Part shown: piece by piece, positions 9,495 through 19,373 of the stretch
Layout: each line of letters begins with the position of its first letter
Numbering within the stretch: position 1 is the stretch's first letter
DNA from: an uncultured Acidobacteriota bacterium
GTDB lineage: Bacteria; Acidobacteriota; Vicinamibacteria; Fen-336
DNA: 64,000 bases
NCBI GenBank assembly: GCA_963720545.1
Contig: OY970399.1
Coordinates: 3,347,022 to 3,411,021 of the forward strand
Reading direction: 5' to 3'
The notes under the pieces: generated by a model
Database searches by the model: none
What the model was told of the DNA's origin: nothing
The model's input: only the letters and a program-made list of their open reading frames with translations
Program-made: the position numbers and the translations under genes

Positions 9495-11531
9495 TTACTC
9501 GCCGCGAGCGCCGAGCGCGCGCAACCGTTCCTTCGCCCGCGCATCGTCCGGGTTCGACCGCAGTTCCGCGCGATACGCATCGGCGGCGGCGACCCGCCGG
9601 CCGAGTCGCTCCAGCGCCTGGCCCAGCGTGTACTGGCCGGACGGCACGTCTGCGTCGAGGCGCAGCGCCGCGCGCACCCGCTGTTCGGCTTCGGCAAAGC
9701 GGTGCCCGCGCAACGACACGCTCGCGAGCTGCAGCTGCGCCGGCGCCATCGCCGGATCGAGCTCGAGGGCGCGGCGCAGCGCGCGCTCGGCGGTGTGCAC
9801 ATCGCCCAGCTCGAGGCTGAGCGTCCCGAGGACGTACCACGCAGCGGGCCGCCGCGGCTGCGCGGTCAAAGCCGCCTCGAAGGCGGCGAGCGCCTCGCGC
9901 GCGGCGCGCGGCCGGCCCGCCGCGCGGCACGCCTCGACCAGCGGCATCAGCGTCGCGTCGTCGTCGGGACGCAGCGCCAGCGCGTGCTGGTAGGCGTCGA
10001 TCGACTCGCCAAGCCGCCCCGCTTGCCGCAGCCAGTCGCCAAGCGCGATGTGCGCCTCCATTACCGCGGGGTCTGCGTCCACCACCTTGCGCGCCGCCGC
10101 GATGCCCGCCTCGAGCTGGCCCTCGACCGCCAGGCCCTTCGCCACCTCGAGCGCCGTGAACAGCGAGACCTTGTCCTTGGGATCCGGCAGCACCGCCGCG
10201 GGATCGGTGCGCAAAGCCGCGCTCGCATAGCCGAGAGCGGCGAGCCGCTCGCGCAATGCGGCATCGCCGCCGCCGCCCGGCACCGCGTCGGCGCGACCAT
10301 CACCAGCCCCCTTGCGCTGCAGCGCGCCGCGCAGCTCGTCCGCGCGCGCGCCCAGGCTCGCATACATGTTGGCGCTCTCCGATGGATCCTTCGCGAGGTC
10401 GTAGTACTCCGGCCGCGGCGCCTCGATGTACTTCGTGGCTGCGGCGCGCAGCGAGCGCAGCTGCTGCCAGCCGAAATGATTGCGCGGATACCAGGTCTCC
10501 GAGTAGGCGGCGTGGCCAAGCTCGACGCGTGGGTCGAGGAGCGCGCGCAGCAGCGAGCCGCCGTCGATATCCGGCTGCGGCGTCAGCGCCGCGAGGTCCA
10601 GCAGCGTCGGCAGGACGTCGACGCCCGACACCTGCGTGCGGCTGCGACCGCGCAGGCTCCAGGGCGTACGCACGATCAACGGCACGGCCATGGTCGAGTC
10701 GTAGATGAAAAAGCCGTGGCCCCACTCGGAGTGCTCGCCGAGCGACTCGCCGTGGTCGGCCGTCACCACAACCACCGTGCGCTGCATGAGCCCGCGCGCC
10801 TGCAGGTGCGCAACCAACCGCCCGATCTGCTCGTCGCTGTAGGCGATCTCGCCGAGGTACGGTTCGGCCCGGTACCGCGAGCCCCACGGCTCCGGCGCGG
10901 CGTAGGGCTGGTGCGGATCGAAGAGGTGCAGCCACGCGAAGAAGCGACCCGCGCCAGCGCCAGTGACGGTGTCGATCCATGCCATCGCGTCGTCCACCAC
11001 CGCTGCCGCGGGCCGTTCGTAGCGACCAGTCTCGAAACGGTCCGAATACCGGTCGAACCCCTGGCCCATGCCGAAGCGCGACTCGAGCACCCACGCGCCG
11101 AGGAAGCCGCCGGTGGCGAAGCCCGCCTCCTTGAAGCGCTCCGCAAGCGTCTCGCGGTCCTGGCCGAGTGCCGCGGTGCCGTTGTCGTGGATTCCGTGAT
11201 GCCCCGGCAGCAGCCCCGTGAGCAGCGAAGCGTGCGACGGCAGCGTCAGCGGCACGACCGCGGTCGATTGTTCGAACACGACACCGTCGCTGGCCAGAGC
11301 GTCGAGCGCCGGCGTGGGCACGCCCTTGAAACCATAGGGGCCGATGCGGTCGGCGCGCAGCGTGTCTATGGTAATGAGCACGACGTTGACGCTTGCAGGC
11401 GCCGGCGAAAGCCGCGCCAGCCTGCGGCGCGCTTGCTCCTGCGGATCGGCATGCGCCGACCGCCACAGCCAGGCGCCGGCCCAGGCCGCCAGCAGCAGCA
11501 GGCCGAGCTTCGCGGCGTTCGCCATCTTCAA
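9495..11531 (-). CDS. Sulfatase-like (alkaline phosphatase superfamily) hydrolase/transferase fused to C-terminal TPR repeats
   Basis: N-terminal signal/TM segment; sulfatase-fold motifs TIDTLRADR and VVTADHGESLGEH; the nucleophile position reads TLPSH (Thr, not Cys/Ser-x-P-x-R); the C-terminal ~250 aa are TPR-like. Confidence 0.75.
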   Translation of the reverse strand: MKMANAAKLGLLLLAAWAGAWLWRSAHADPQEQARRRLARLSPAPASVNVVLITIDTLRADRIGPYGFKGVPTPALDALASDGVVFEQSTAVVPLTLPSHASLLTGLLPGHHGIHDNGTAALGQDRETLAERFKEAGFATGGFLGAWVLESRFGMGQGFDRYSDRFETGRYERPAAAVVDDAMAWIDTVTGAGAGRFFAWLHLFDPHQPYAAPEPWGSRYRAEPYLGEIAYSDEQIGRLVAHLQARGLMQRTVVVVTADHGESLGEHSEWGHGFFIYDSTMAVPLIVRTPWSLRGRSRTQVSGVDVLPTLLDLAALTPQPDIDGGSLLRALLDPRVELGHAAYSETWYPRNHFGWQQLRSLRAAATKYIEAPRPEYYDLAKDPSESANMYASLGARADELRGALQRKGAGDGRADAVPGGGGDAALRERLAALGYASAALRTDPAAVLPDPKDKVSLFTALEVAKGLAVEGQLEAGIAAARKVVDADPAVMEAHIALGDWLRQAGRLGESIDAYQHALALRPDDDATLMPLVEACRAAGRPRAAREALAAFEAALTAQPRRPAAWYVLGTLSLELGDVHTAERALRRALELDPAMAPAQLQLASVSLRGHRFAEAEQRVRAALRLDADVPSGQYTLGQALERLGRRVAAADAYRAELRSNPDDARAKERLRALGARGE

Positions 11532-12820
11532 TCGGGCCGCACCAGCCGCACCACCTGCACCGAGGAAAGCGTTCCGGGTGCCGCTGTTTCGAGGACGGGC
11601 GTCGTGTAGGCGATGTAGACCGCGTCGCCGATGCGGGCAGCGCGCGGCACGCCGCTGGACCGTGCCGGCAGGGTTGCGGAGACCGAAAGCGCCGCGCCGC
11701 GCCGGCCATCGGGAAACACCACGCGTGCGCGGATCTCGGCGTGTTCGGCGGCGCGCTCGATCCAGGTGACGAGCGCCGAGCCGTCGTCGAGCAGGACCAC
11801 GTCCACCCTGCCGATGGCCCCGCCGTCATCGATCGGCACGGGCTTGCCGAAGGTCTCGCCGGCATCCTGCGAGAACGCGACGAAGGCGCGCGCCCTGTTG
11901 TCGGCCATCGTGAACCACGCTGCGGCCACGGTGTCGCCGCGCGCATCGAGTTGCGGGCCGTTCACCGGGCAGGCGTTGATTCGCCAGCCGTCCGCCGCCA
12001 GCGGCCGCGGCCGCGACCAGACGTTGTCGCGTTCGTAGACGAAACTGATGTCGCGCACGTCTTCCCCGGGCCCGCCGCCGGCGCCGTCGCCGTTGGTCCG
12101 ATCGCGGTACGCGGCCACCAGTCCCTTCGCGGTGCGTGCCAGCGCCGTCTGGCAGCAGTCGCACACCCGCGAGTCGAGCACGGTCTCGCCCGAGACACGG
12201 TTGCGCGCGTCGAGCGAGGCGAACATCAACATCATCGCGCCGCCGGACGCCGTCTTCCTTCCGTCCAGCCACGTGAGCGCCATGGTCCCGCCAGCGAGCG
12301 GTTGCAGCGAGACGAAGCCGTGTTCGGTGGGGGAGCGGTCGCTCGACACCAGCACAGGCTTGCTCCAGGTGCGGCCGTTGTCGCGCGAGCGAGCGGCGAG
12401 CACCTGATACGCATATTGCTCCTCCGACACCTTCTGCAACCATTGCGCAACCAGGGCGCCGTCCGCCGCTGCCACGATGGCAGGGAAGTCTGCCCAGTTC
12501 ACGAACAGCCGCTCCGACCGCACCACCGTGACGGTCTTCGACCACTTTTCCCCGGCCAGCATCGCCATCCTCAAAGCACCCGATTCAACCCATGACAGGA
12601 TCAACCGCCCATCGCCGGTCGCCGACAGGAACGGCTCGGCCGCCCCCGGTCCGGCAGGGGAAACCACCGGCACGGCTCGCGGCGCAGGTCCCGCGTCCGA
12701 AGGCAAAGGCGTAGGCGTAGCCGACGCGGCGGACGGAGCACCGCCGCGCGAGCAACCGGCAACGGCGCAGAGCAGGAACAAGGCGAACGCGGCGCGAACA
12801 GGCATCGGCCTTTCTACCAC
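11528..12820 (-). CDS. BNR/Asp-box repeat lipoprotein (sialidase-like beta-propeller)
   Basis: Lipobox LLCAVAGCS; Asp-box motifs SRDNGRTWS and SQDAGETFG. Its stop overlaps the start of the downstream sulfatase-TPR gene by 4 bp. Start may be the internal ATG at 12805. Confidence 0.6.
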   Translation of the reverse strand: MVERPMPVRAAFALFLLCAVAGCSRGGAPSAASATPTPLPSDAGPAPRAVPVVSPAGPGAAEPFLSATGDGRLILSWVESGALRMAMLAGEKWSKTVTVVRSERLFVNWADFPAIVAAADGALVAQWLQKVSEEQYAYQVLAARSRDNGRTWSKPVLVSSDRSPTEHGFVSLQPLAGGTMALTWLDGRKTASGGAMMLMFASLDARNRVSGETVLDSRVCDCCQTALARTAKGLVAAYRDRTNGDGAGGGPGEDVRDISFVYERDNVWSRPRPLAADGWRINACPVNGPQLDARGDTVAAAWFTMADNRARAFVAFSQDAGETFGKPVPIDDGGAIGRVDVVLLDDGSALVTWIERAAEHAEIRARVVFPDGRRGAALSVSATLPARSSGVPRAARIGDAVYIAYTTPVLETAAPGTLSSVQVVRLVRPD

Positions 12821-12891
12821 GCGCCCGCGCGCGCCTGTGACCCGCGCATTTCAGGCTGGAAAGCCGCCCGCGCTACACTGGCCGTTCTCCC

Positions 12892-14754
12892 ATGCCTGCC
12901 GCCAGGGCCGCAACCACCACGGCGCAGCCGTTCCTCGAGCGCATCCAGGAGGGCGTCGTCGTGTGCGACGGCGCCACCGGCACCATGCTGTACTCGCGCG
13001 GCGTGTTCGTGAACCGCTGCTTCGACGAGCTGAACCTCTCGAACCCCGACCTCATCGAGGCGCTGCACCGCGAGTACGTCGAGGCTGGCGCCGACATCCT
13101 CGAGACCAACACCTTCGGCGCGCACCGCTTCAAGCTCGGCCCGCACGGCTTCGACAAGCAGACCGAGAAGATCAACCGCGAAGGCGCGCGGCTGGCGCGC
13201 GCGGCGGCCGGCGGCAAGGCGCTGGTGGCCGGCTCGATGGGGCCGCTCGGCAAGCCGCTGGCGCCGCTCGGCGGCATCGCGGTGGCCGACGCCGTGGATG
13301 CGTACCGCGAGCAGGCGCGCGGCCTGGTGGCGGGCGGCGTTGACCTGTTCTTCATCGAGACGATGCCGTCTCTCGACCAGGCGAAGGCTGCGCTCGACGC
13401 GGTGCGCGCCGAATCGAACCTGCCGGTGTGCGTGTCGCTCACCTTCAACGAAGAGGGCACCACCCTCTACGGTGACCACCCCGAAGACGTGGTGACGGTG
13501 CTGGAGTCGTGGGGCGTCGCGGTGATCGGCGCCAACTGCAGCCAGGGACCGAACCCCATGCTCGAGACGCTCGAGCGCATGGCGACGGTCGCCACCACCG
13601 CGAAGCTCTCGGCGATGCCCAACGCCGGTGCGCCGGCGATGGTCGAGGGACGCTACGTCTATCTGTGCACGCCCGAATACATGGCCTCCTACGCGCGCCG
13701 CTTCATCGCCGCCGGCGCCTCGATCGTCGGCGGCTGCTGCGGCACGACACCGGCGCACATCCGCAACCTGGTGCGCTCGGTGAAGATGCTGCGCCCCGGC
13801 CGCGAGGTGCGAGCCACCGTCGTGACGCCGCCGCGCGTGCGCGAGACGCCGACACCGGTGGCGCGCGCCGACAAAAGCCCGCTGGGCCGCAAGCTGGCGC
13901 AGAAGTTCGTGGTGTCGGTGGAGCTCGACCCGCCGCGCGGCGCCGACCCCAGCGTCATCGTCGAGCGCGCGCAGTTCTGCAAGGAGAACGAGATCGACGC
14001 CATCAACGTCGCCGACGGTCCGCGCGCTTCGGCGCGCATGAGCGCGCAGTCGCTGTGCGTGCTGCTGCAGGAGAAGGTCGGCATCGACACGATCCTGCAT
14101 TACACCTGCCGCGACCGGAACCTGCTCGGCATCCAGTCGGACCTGCTCGGCGCCTACGCGCTCGGCCTGCGCAACGTCCTCGCGATCACCGGCGACCCGC
14201 CCAAGCTCGGCGACTATCCCGACGCGACTGCCGTCTACGACGTCGACTCGATCGGCCTCATCCGCATCCTCGACCACCTCAACCACGGCTGCGACCTGGC
14301 CGGCAACCTCATCGGCCCGGCGCTCGGCATCCACATCGGCTGCGGCGCCGACCCCAGCAAGCCCGACACCGCTCGCGAAGTGGCGCGGCTCGAGCAGAAG
14401 GTCCTGGCCGGCGCCGAGTACGTCATGACCCAGCCGATCTACGACCCGCGCACCGTGGAGTCGTTCCTGGCGAGGATCAAGCATCTCGACGTGCCGGTGC
14501 TCATCGGCATCCTGCCGCTCTATTCGCACCGCAACGCGGAGTTCCTGCACAACGAGGTGCCGGGCATGATCATTCCCGAAGACATCCGCGAGCGGATGCG
14601 CAAGGCCGGCTCCGGCGAGCTGGCGCAGGCCGAAGGCGTCGCCATCGCGCGCGAGGCGCTGGTGGCGGCAAAGCAACTCGGCGTCTCGGGCGCCTACATC
14701 ATGCCGCCCTTCAACAAGGTCGATCTCGCCGTACGCGTCGTCGAGGCACTGTGA
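12892..14754 (+). CDS. Bifunctional homocysteine S-methyltransferase / 5,10-methylenetetrahydrofolate reductase (YitJ-like fusion)
   Basis: N-terminal Hcy-binding domain (VCDGATGTML, GANCSQGP, GGCCGTTP) fused to a C-terminal MTHFR-like TIM-barrel domain. Confidence 0.8.
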   Translation: MPAARAATTTAQPFLERIQEGVVVCDGATGTMLYSRGVFVNRCFDELNLSNPDLIEALHREYVEAGADILETNTFGAHRFKLGPHGFDKQTEKINREGARLARAAAGGKALVAGSMGPLGKPLAPLGGIAVADAVDAYREQARGLVAGGVDLFFIETMPSLDQAKAALDAVRAESNLPVCVSLTFNEEGTTLYGDHPEDVVTVLESWGVAVIGANCSQGPNPMLETLERMATVATTAKLSAMPNAGAPAMVEGRYVYLCTPEYMASYARRFIAAGASIVGGCCGTTPAHIRNLVRSVKMLRPGREVRATVVTPPRVRETPTPVARADKSPLGRKLAQKFVVSVELDPPRGADPSVIVERAQFCKENEIDAINVADGPRASARMSAQSLCVLLQEKVGIDTILHYTCRDRNLLGIQSDLLGAYALGLRNVLAITGDPPKLGDYPDATAVYDVDSIGLIRILDHLNHGCDLAGNLIGPALGIHIGCGADPSKPDTAREVARLEQKVLAGAEYVMTQPIYDPRTVESFLARIKHLDVPVLIGILPLYSHRNAEFLHNEVPGMIIPEDIRERMRKAGSGELAQAEGVAIAREALVAAKQLGVSGAYIMPPFNKVDLAVRVVEAL

Positions 14755-15683
14755 ACGGCCGCGCGCCGCGCGCCTGCCTCGCGGTCCTTGGTGTGACCCT
14801 TGCAATGGCACCGCAGGCCCCGGCGCAGACGCCACCAACGCCGCTCTTCGCCAGCGAGACCGGCGTCATCAACCTGGTCGTCACGGTACAGGACAAGCAG
14901 GGCAACTGGATCTCGGACCTCGGCGCCGACGACTTCGCCGTGTTCGACGACGGCAAGCCGGCGCCGATCACGCTCTTCGCGCGTTCGGCGGAGGACAAGG
15001 ACAACGACGAGAACCTGATGGTCGATGCGGGCCTGCTGCTCGACACCAGCGAGAGCATGAAGCCGGCGCTGAAGCTGGCGCAGGAGGCGGCCATCCGCTT
15101 CCTCGACTCGGTGCCGCGCGCCCGCGACCTTTTGACCCTGTTCTTCGACCAGGACATCCGCGTGTCGCGCTACGACAGCGAGCACCAGCAGGGGTTGTTC
15201 GAGCGCATCCTCGAGTCGCAGGCCGCGGGCAACACCGCGCTCTACGACGCGATCACGGTGTACATCTCGCGCGTCTCGGAAAGCGGCGGGCGCAAGGTGC
15301 TGGTGCTGTTCACCGACGGCTCGGACACGCTCAGCAAGACGGACGTCGGCGAAGTCAAGGCGCTGGCGCGCTCGTCTTCGGTGACCATCTATCCGGTGTC
15401 GTTCGCCGACACGCTGCCCAGCTCGGAGATGACCCGCGCCAAGGTCTTCCTGCGCGACCTCGCCGACATCACCGGGGGCAAGGTCTACACCCCGCGGACC
15501 TCGAAGAACCTCGGCGAGGTCTTCGACAAGATCATCAGCGAGCTGAAAACCCAATACGTGATCGGCATCGCCCCAGGCCCGCACGCCGCCGACGGCAAGT
15601 ACCACAAGCTGCGCGTCGAGGTAAAGGGCAGGGCCCTCGACATTCGCCACCGCCTCGGCTACATCATCGAAACCCCCGAGTAA
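14751..15683 (+). CDS. von Willebrand factor type A (VWA) domain protein, secreted
   Basis: GTG start at 14751 overlaps the upstream stop (GTGA); signal peptide; VWA-like MIDAS context (LLLDTSESM, VLFTDGSDT). Confidence 0.7.
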   Translation: MNGRAPRACLAVLGVTLAMAPQAPAQTPPTPLFASETGVINLVVTVQDKQGNWISDLGADDFAVFDDGKPAPITLFARSAEDKDNDENLMVDAGLLLDTSESMKPALKLAQEAAIRFLDSVPRARDLLTLFFDQDIRVSRYDSEHQQGLFERILESQAAGNTALYDAITVYISRVSESGGRKVLVLFTDGSDTLSKTDVGEVKALARSSSVTIYPVSFADTLPSSEMTRAKVFLRDLADITGGKVYTPRTSKNLGEVFDKIISELKTQYVIGIAPGPHAADGKYHKLRVEVKGRALDIRHRLGYIIETPE

Positions 15684-15722
15684 CAGCGCCGCGAGCGGGG
15701 CCAGCGCAAGCGCCAGGACCCC

Positions 15723-16727
15723 TCAGGTCTTGGTTTTTTTCTCCAACTCGGCCAGGCGCCTTCGCAGTTCGGGGAGTTGTTTGAAGACGGCGCTGGACTT
15801 GAGCCAGTCGCGGTTGGGGATGGCGGGGGTGCCGGAGACGACGGCGCCCGACTCGATGTCGTTCGGGATGCCGGTCTGGGCGGTGGCGATGACGTCGTCG
15901 CCGATTGTCAGGTGGCCGGCGACGCCTACCTGGCCGGCGAGGGTGACGCGGCTGCCGATCTTCGCGCTGCCGGCTATGCCCACCTGCCCGGCCAGCACGG
16001 TGTCTTCTCCGACCTGGACGGAATGGCCCACCTGCACCAGGTTGTCGAGCTTGCTGCCGCGGCCGATGCGGGTTTCCTTGAGGGCGGCGCGGTCGATGGC
16101 GGTCAGGGCGCCGATCTCGACGTCGTCCTCGATCACCACCGTGCCGAGCTGCGCGATCTTGTGGTAGCGGCCGTCGCCGTCCTTCGCGAAGCCGAAGCCG
16201 TCGGCGCCGATGACCGCGCCGTTTTGCACGATCACGCGGTTGCCGAGCCGGCAGTTCTCGCGCACCTGCACGGCCGAGTGCAGCACGCAGTCTTCGCCAA
16301 CCTCGACCCCTTCGTAGAGCACAACGTGGGCGTGCAGGACGCTGCGCGCACCGATGCGCACTTTGGCTCCGACGACGGCTAGTGGTCCTATCGATATGTC
16401 AGTGGCTACGATTGCCGATGGATCCACTTGCGCTGACGGATGTACCCCCGCTTTTGGGCGGTTCGCTGGCTGTAGCAGTGTGGCTGCCTTGGCGTAGGCC
16501 AGATACGGGTTGTCGGTCACGAGGCTGGGCAGCGGACAGTCAACGTCCGCAGCGACAATGACCGCGCCGGCTTTGGAGCGCGCGAGGTGCTGTGCGTACC
16601 TTGGGTTGGCGAGGAACGTGACCTGGTCCGGACCGGCGTCCTCGATGCCGGCTACCCCACGGATCTCGATGTCGCCCCGGCCCCGCAGGGCGCAGCCGAG
16701 GCGCATCGCGATCTCGTCGAGCTTCAA
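15723..16727 (-). CDS. lpxD: UDP-3-O-acylglucosamine N-acyltransferase
   Basis: 334 aa; left-handed beta-helix hexapeptide repeats and LpxD-like N-terminal region. Confidence 0.85.
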   Translation of the reverse strand: MKLDEIAMRLGCALRGRGDIEIRGVAGIEDAGPDQVTFLANPRYAQHLARSKAGAVIVAADVDCPLPSLVTDNPYLAYAKAATLLQPANRPKAGVHPSAQVDPSAIVATDISIGPLAVVGAKVRIGARSVLHAHVVLYEGVEVGEDCVLHSAVQVRENCRLGNRVIVQNGAVIGADGFGFAKDGDGRYHKIAQLGTVVIEDDVEIGALTAIDRAALKETRIGRGSKLDNLVQVGHSVQVGEDTVLAGQVGIAGSAKIGSRVTLAGQVGVAGHLTIGDDVIATAQTGIPNDIESGAVVSGTPAIPNRDWLKSSAVFKQLPELRRRLAELEKKTKT

Positions 16728-17071
16728 CCCGTGACGGCCTGTGGCGCCGCTGCGCGCGACTTGCCGCTGGCGCTGATGGAGCCGTTCAACTGGGCGCCCT
16801 CGCGCACGGCGAGGCTCTGGGCGTCGAGCGAGCCCTCGACCCGCGCCTTCTCGAGCAGGACCAGGGAGCGGACTGCCAGGTCGCCCTTGTATACGCCGCC
16901 GATTTCGGCCAGGTCGGCCTGGACCTTGGCATCGACGCTCGCGCCGTCACCGATCTCCAGCCGGCCAGTGACTGCGATTTCCCCCTTGAACTTCCCGAGG
17001 ATGCGCACATCCTTGGCCTTGAGCTTGCCTTCGACCTCGGCTTCCTTGCCGATGACGGTCGTGTCTTCCAT
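16724..17071 (-). CDS. Bactofilin family cytoskeletal protein
   Basis: 115 aa, beta-helical repeats typical of bactofilin/CcmA ([25 protein letters not shown]); 4-bp overlap with the lpxD start. Confidence 0.8.
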   Translation of the reverse strand: MEDTTVIGKEAEVEGKLKAKDVRILGKFKGEIAVTGRLEIGDGASVDAKVQADLAEIGGVYKGDLAVRSLVLLEKARVEGSLDAQSLAVREGAQLNGSISASGKSRAAAPQAVTG

Positions 17072-17142
17072 GGATCCTCCGCTACGTGAATCTTCCGACG
17101 TAATCGCTAAGGGGGCATTGTAGGCGACCTTGGCCCTTCGCC

Positions 17143-17157
17143 GAACGTGATCCGGAC
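17143..17157 (-). promoter_or_regulatory. Candidate LexA (SOS) box GTCC-N7-GTTC, one mismatch from the GTTC-N7-GTTC type, ~40 bp upstream of uvrB
   Basis: Forward GAACGTGATCCGGAC reads GTCCGGATCACGTTC on the reverse strand. Location upstream of uvrB fits an SOS gene, but a single near-match could be chance. Confidence 0.3.
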
Positions 17158-17194
17158 CTCACTCGGCCGAAGCGGCTTGTATCATCAAAAACTC

Positions 17195-19288
17195 ATGCCT
17201 TCTCGCCGCCGGGCGCCGGTGCCCCCCGAAACCGCCGTCGAACCACGAGTTCCACCGGAACAGCCGCGCCTCGCGCCGGCCCTTGCCGACACGGTCTTCC
17301 AGATCACCAGCGACTACGAGCCCAAGGGCGACCAGCCGGCGGCCATCGAGGAGCTGGTGAAGGGCCTGGAGCGAAACGACAAGCACCAGTGCCTGCTGGG
17401 CGTCACCGGCAGCGGCAAGACCTTCACGGTCGCCTCGGTGCTGGCCCGCGTCAACCGGCCGGCGCTGGTGCTCGCGCACAACAAGACCCTGGCGGCGCAG
17501 CTCTACCAGGAGTTCAAGACCTTCTTCCCGAAGAACGCGGTCGAGTATTTCGTCTCCTACTACGACTACTACCAACCGGAGGCGTACGTGCCGCAGTCGG
17601 ACACGTACATCGACAAGGAATCCACGATCAACGAAGAAATCGACCGCATGCGACTGTCGGCCACGCGCAGCATCTTCGAGCGGCGCGACGTCGTCATCGT
17701 GGCGTCGGTGTCGTGCATCTACGGCCTCGGCTCGCCCGAGGCGTACTACGGCATGCTGTTGTTCCTGCGCCAGGGCGACTGGCTCGACCGGCGCGAGATC
17801 CTCGCCAAGCTGGTCGAGGCGCGCTACGACCGCAACGACTACGAGCTGAAGCGCGGCACCTTCCGCGTGCGCGGCGACGTGATCGAGATCGTGCCCGCCT
17901 ACGAAGAGGTCGGCATCCGCGTCGAGCTGTACGGCGACGAAATCGAGAAAATCAGCTCGTTCGACCCGCTCACCGGCAAGGCGCTCGACCGGCTGTCACA
18001 GGTGGCCATCTACCCGTCGAGCCACTACGTGACGCCCCGGCCGCGGCTGCAGGACGCCATCAAGCACATCGAGGAAGAGCTGATCGCCAACAAGGCGCGG
18101 CTCGAGCGCGACGGCCGGCTGCTGGAGGCCCAGCGCCTCTACCAGCGGACCATGTTCGACCTCGAGCTGCTGCGCGAGGTGGGGCACTGCCACGGCATCG
18201 AGAACTATTCGCGGCACCTTTCCGGGCGGAAGGAGGGCGAGCCGCCGCCGACGCTGCTCGACTACCTGCCGAAGGACGCGCTCATCATCGTGGACGAGAG
18301 CCACCAGAGCATCCCGCAGGTGCGCGGCATGTACCACGGCGACCGCGCGCGCAAGTCGACGCTCGTCGAATACGGCTTCCGGCTGCCGTCGGCGCTCGAC
18401 AACCGCCCGCTCAACTTCGAGGAGTTCGAGGCGCGGGTGGGGCAGTCGATCTACGTCTCGGCGACGCCGGGCGCCTACGAGCTGCAGAAGACGGCGGGCG
18501 TGGTGGTGGAGCAGGTCATCCGCCCCACCGGGCTCATGGACCCGCGCGTAGACGTGCGGCCGGTCACCGGGCAAGTGGACGACCTGCTCGCCGAGATCCG
18601 CCTGCGCGTGGCGCGCAACGAGCGCGTGCTGGTCACCACACTCACCAAGCGCATGGCCGAGGACCTCACCGAGTACTACCACGACCTCGGCGTGCGCGTG
18701 CGCTACCTGCACTCCGACATCGAAACGCTGGAGCGCGTGCAGATCCTGCGCGACCTGCGCAAGGGCGAGTTCGACGTGCTCGTGGGCATCAACCTGCTGC
18801 GCGAAGGGCTCGACCTGCCGGAGGTGTCGCTGGTCGCCATCCTCGACGCCGACAAGGAAGGCTTCCTGCGGTCGGGCGGCTCGCTCATCCAGACGATGGG
18901 CCGCGCCGCTCGCAACGTCGAGGGCATGGCCATCCTCTACGCCGACGTGATGACCGCTTCGATGAAGGCGGCCATGGAAGAAACCGCGCGCCGCCGCGTC
19001 ATCCAGGAGACGTACAACGCCGAGCACGGCATCACGCCGCAGTCGATCAAGAAGAGCATCAAGGACGTGCTGAACTCGGTGTTCGAGGCCGACTACGTCA
19101 CCGTGCCCGCGGACGACGACGGCAAGGACGACGACGACGCGTATCGCTCGATGGACGAGCTGGAGAAGGAAATCGCCCGAGTGGAGAAAGCAATGCGGGC
19201 TGCCGCCAAGGCCTTGGAGTACGAGAAAGCCGCCGAATTGCGCGACCGCATCCGCAGGCTGCGCACCACGGAAGTGGGCCTGCGCTAG
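17195..19288 (+). CDS. uvrB: Excinuclease ABC subunit B
   Basis: Helicase motifs ([13 protein letters not shown]), beta-hairpin region [14 protein letters not shown]-terminal UvrB/UvrC interaction domain. Start taken at ATG 17195 rather than track start 17147. Confidence 0.95.
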   Translation: MPSRRRAPVPPETAVEPRVPPEQPRLAPALADTVFQITSDYEPKGDQPAAIEELVKGLERNDKHQCLLGVTGSGKTFTVASVLARVNRPALVLAHNKTLAAQLYQEFKTFFPKNAVEYFVSYYDYYQPEAYVPQSDTYIDKESTINEEIDRMRLSATRSIFERRDVVIVASVSCIYGLGSPEAYYGMLLFLRQGDWLDRREILAKLVEARYDRNDYELKRGTFRVRGDVIEIVPAYEEVGIRVELYGDEIEKISSFDPLTGKALDRLSQVAIYPSSHYVTPRPRLQDAIKHIEEELIANKARLERDGRLLEAQRLYQRTMFDLELLREVGHCHGIENYSRHLSGRKEGEPPPTLLDYLPKDALIIVDESHQSIPQVRGMYHGDRARKSTLVEYGFRLPSALDNRPLNFEEFEARVGQSIYVSATPGAYELQKTAGVVVEQVIRPTGLMDPRVDVRPVTGQVDDLLAEIRLRVARNERVLVTTLTKRMAEDLTEYYHDLGVRVRYLHSDIETLERVQILRDLRKGEFDVLVGINLLREGLDLPEVSLVAILDADKEGFLRSGGSLIQTMGRAARNVEGMAILYADVMTASMKAAMEETARRRVIQETYNAEHGITPQSIKKSIKDVLNSVFEADYVTVPADDDGKDDDDAYRSMDELEKEIARVEKAMRAAAKALEYEKAAELRDRIRRLRTTEVGLR

Positions 19289-19373
19289 TCATCGACGGAT
19301 TGGCGGTCGTTCCCGTCCAATCCGTCGATTTCCGTTAGGCCGTTTCCCAGGCGCTTGCGTCAGCGTCCGTTCC
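19289..19373 (+). repeat. Repeat element copy 1: hairpin ATCGACGGATTGG-N13-CCAATCCGTCGAT (19291-19329) plus module CCCAGGCGCTTGCGTCAGCGTCCGTTCC (19346-19373)
   Basis: Perfect 13-bp inverted repeat starting 2 nt after the uvrB stop; the 28-nt module is identical to the reverse-strand copy at 36971-36998. Confidence 0.85.

Noticed and set aside
7005-9820. Long overlapping ORFs on both strands across the ADOP permease gene (7005..9254 minus, 7250..9820 plus)
   Set aside because: Frame shadows of the permease gene; only frame 7059..9473 shows the permease signature and TM pattern.
12821-12891. SAM or other riboswitch upstream of the methionine genes
   Set aside because: The gaps upstream of 12892 and 4118 are 71 bp and 11 bp, too short for a riboswitch aptamer with expression platform. 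Only a possible TTCAGG-18-TACACT promoter was seen, at low confidence.
13509-14750. Upstream part of track ORF 13509..15683
   Set aside because: Alternative frame inside the homocysteine methyltransferase / MTHFR gene; only the part from GTG 14751 encodes the VWA protein.
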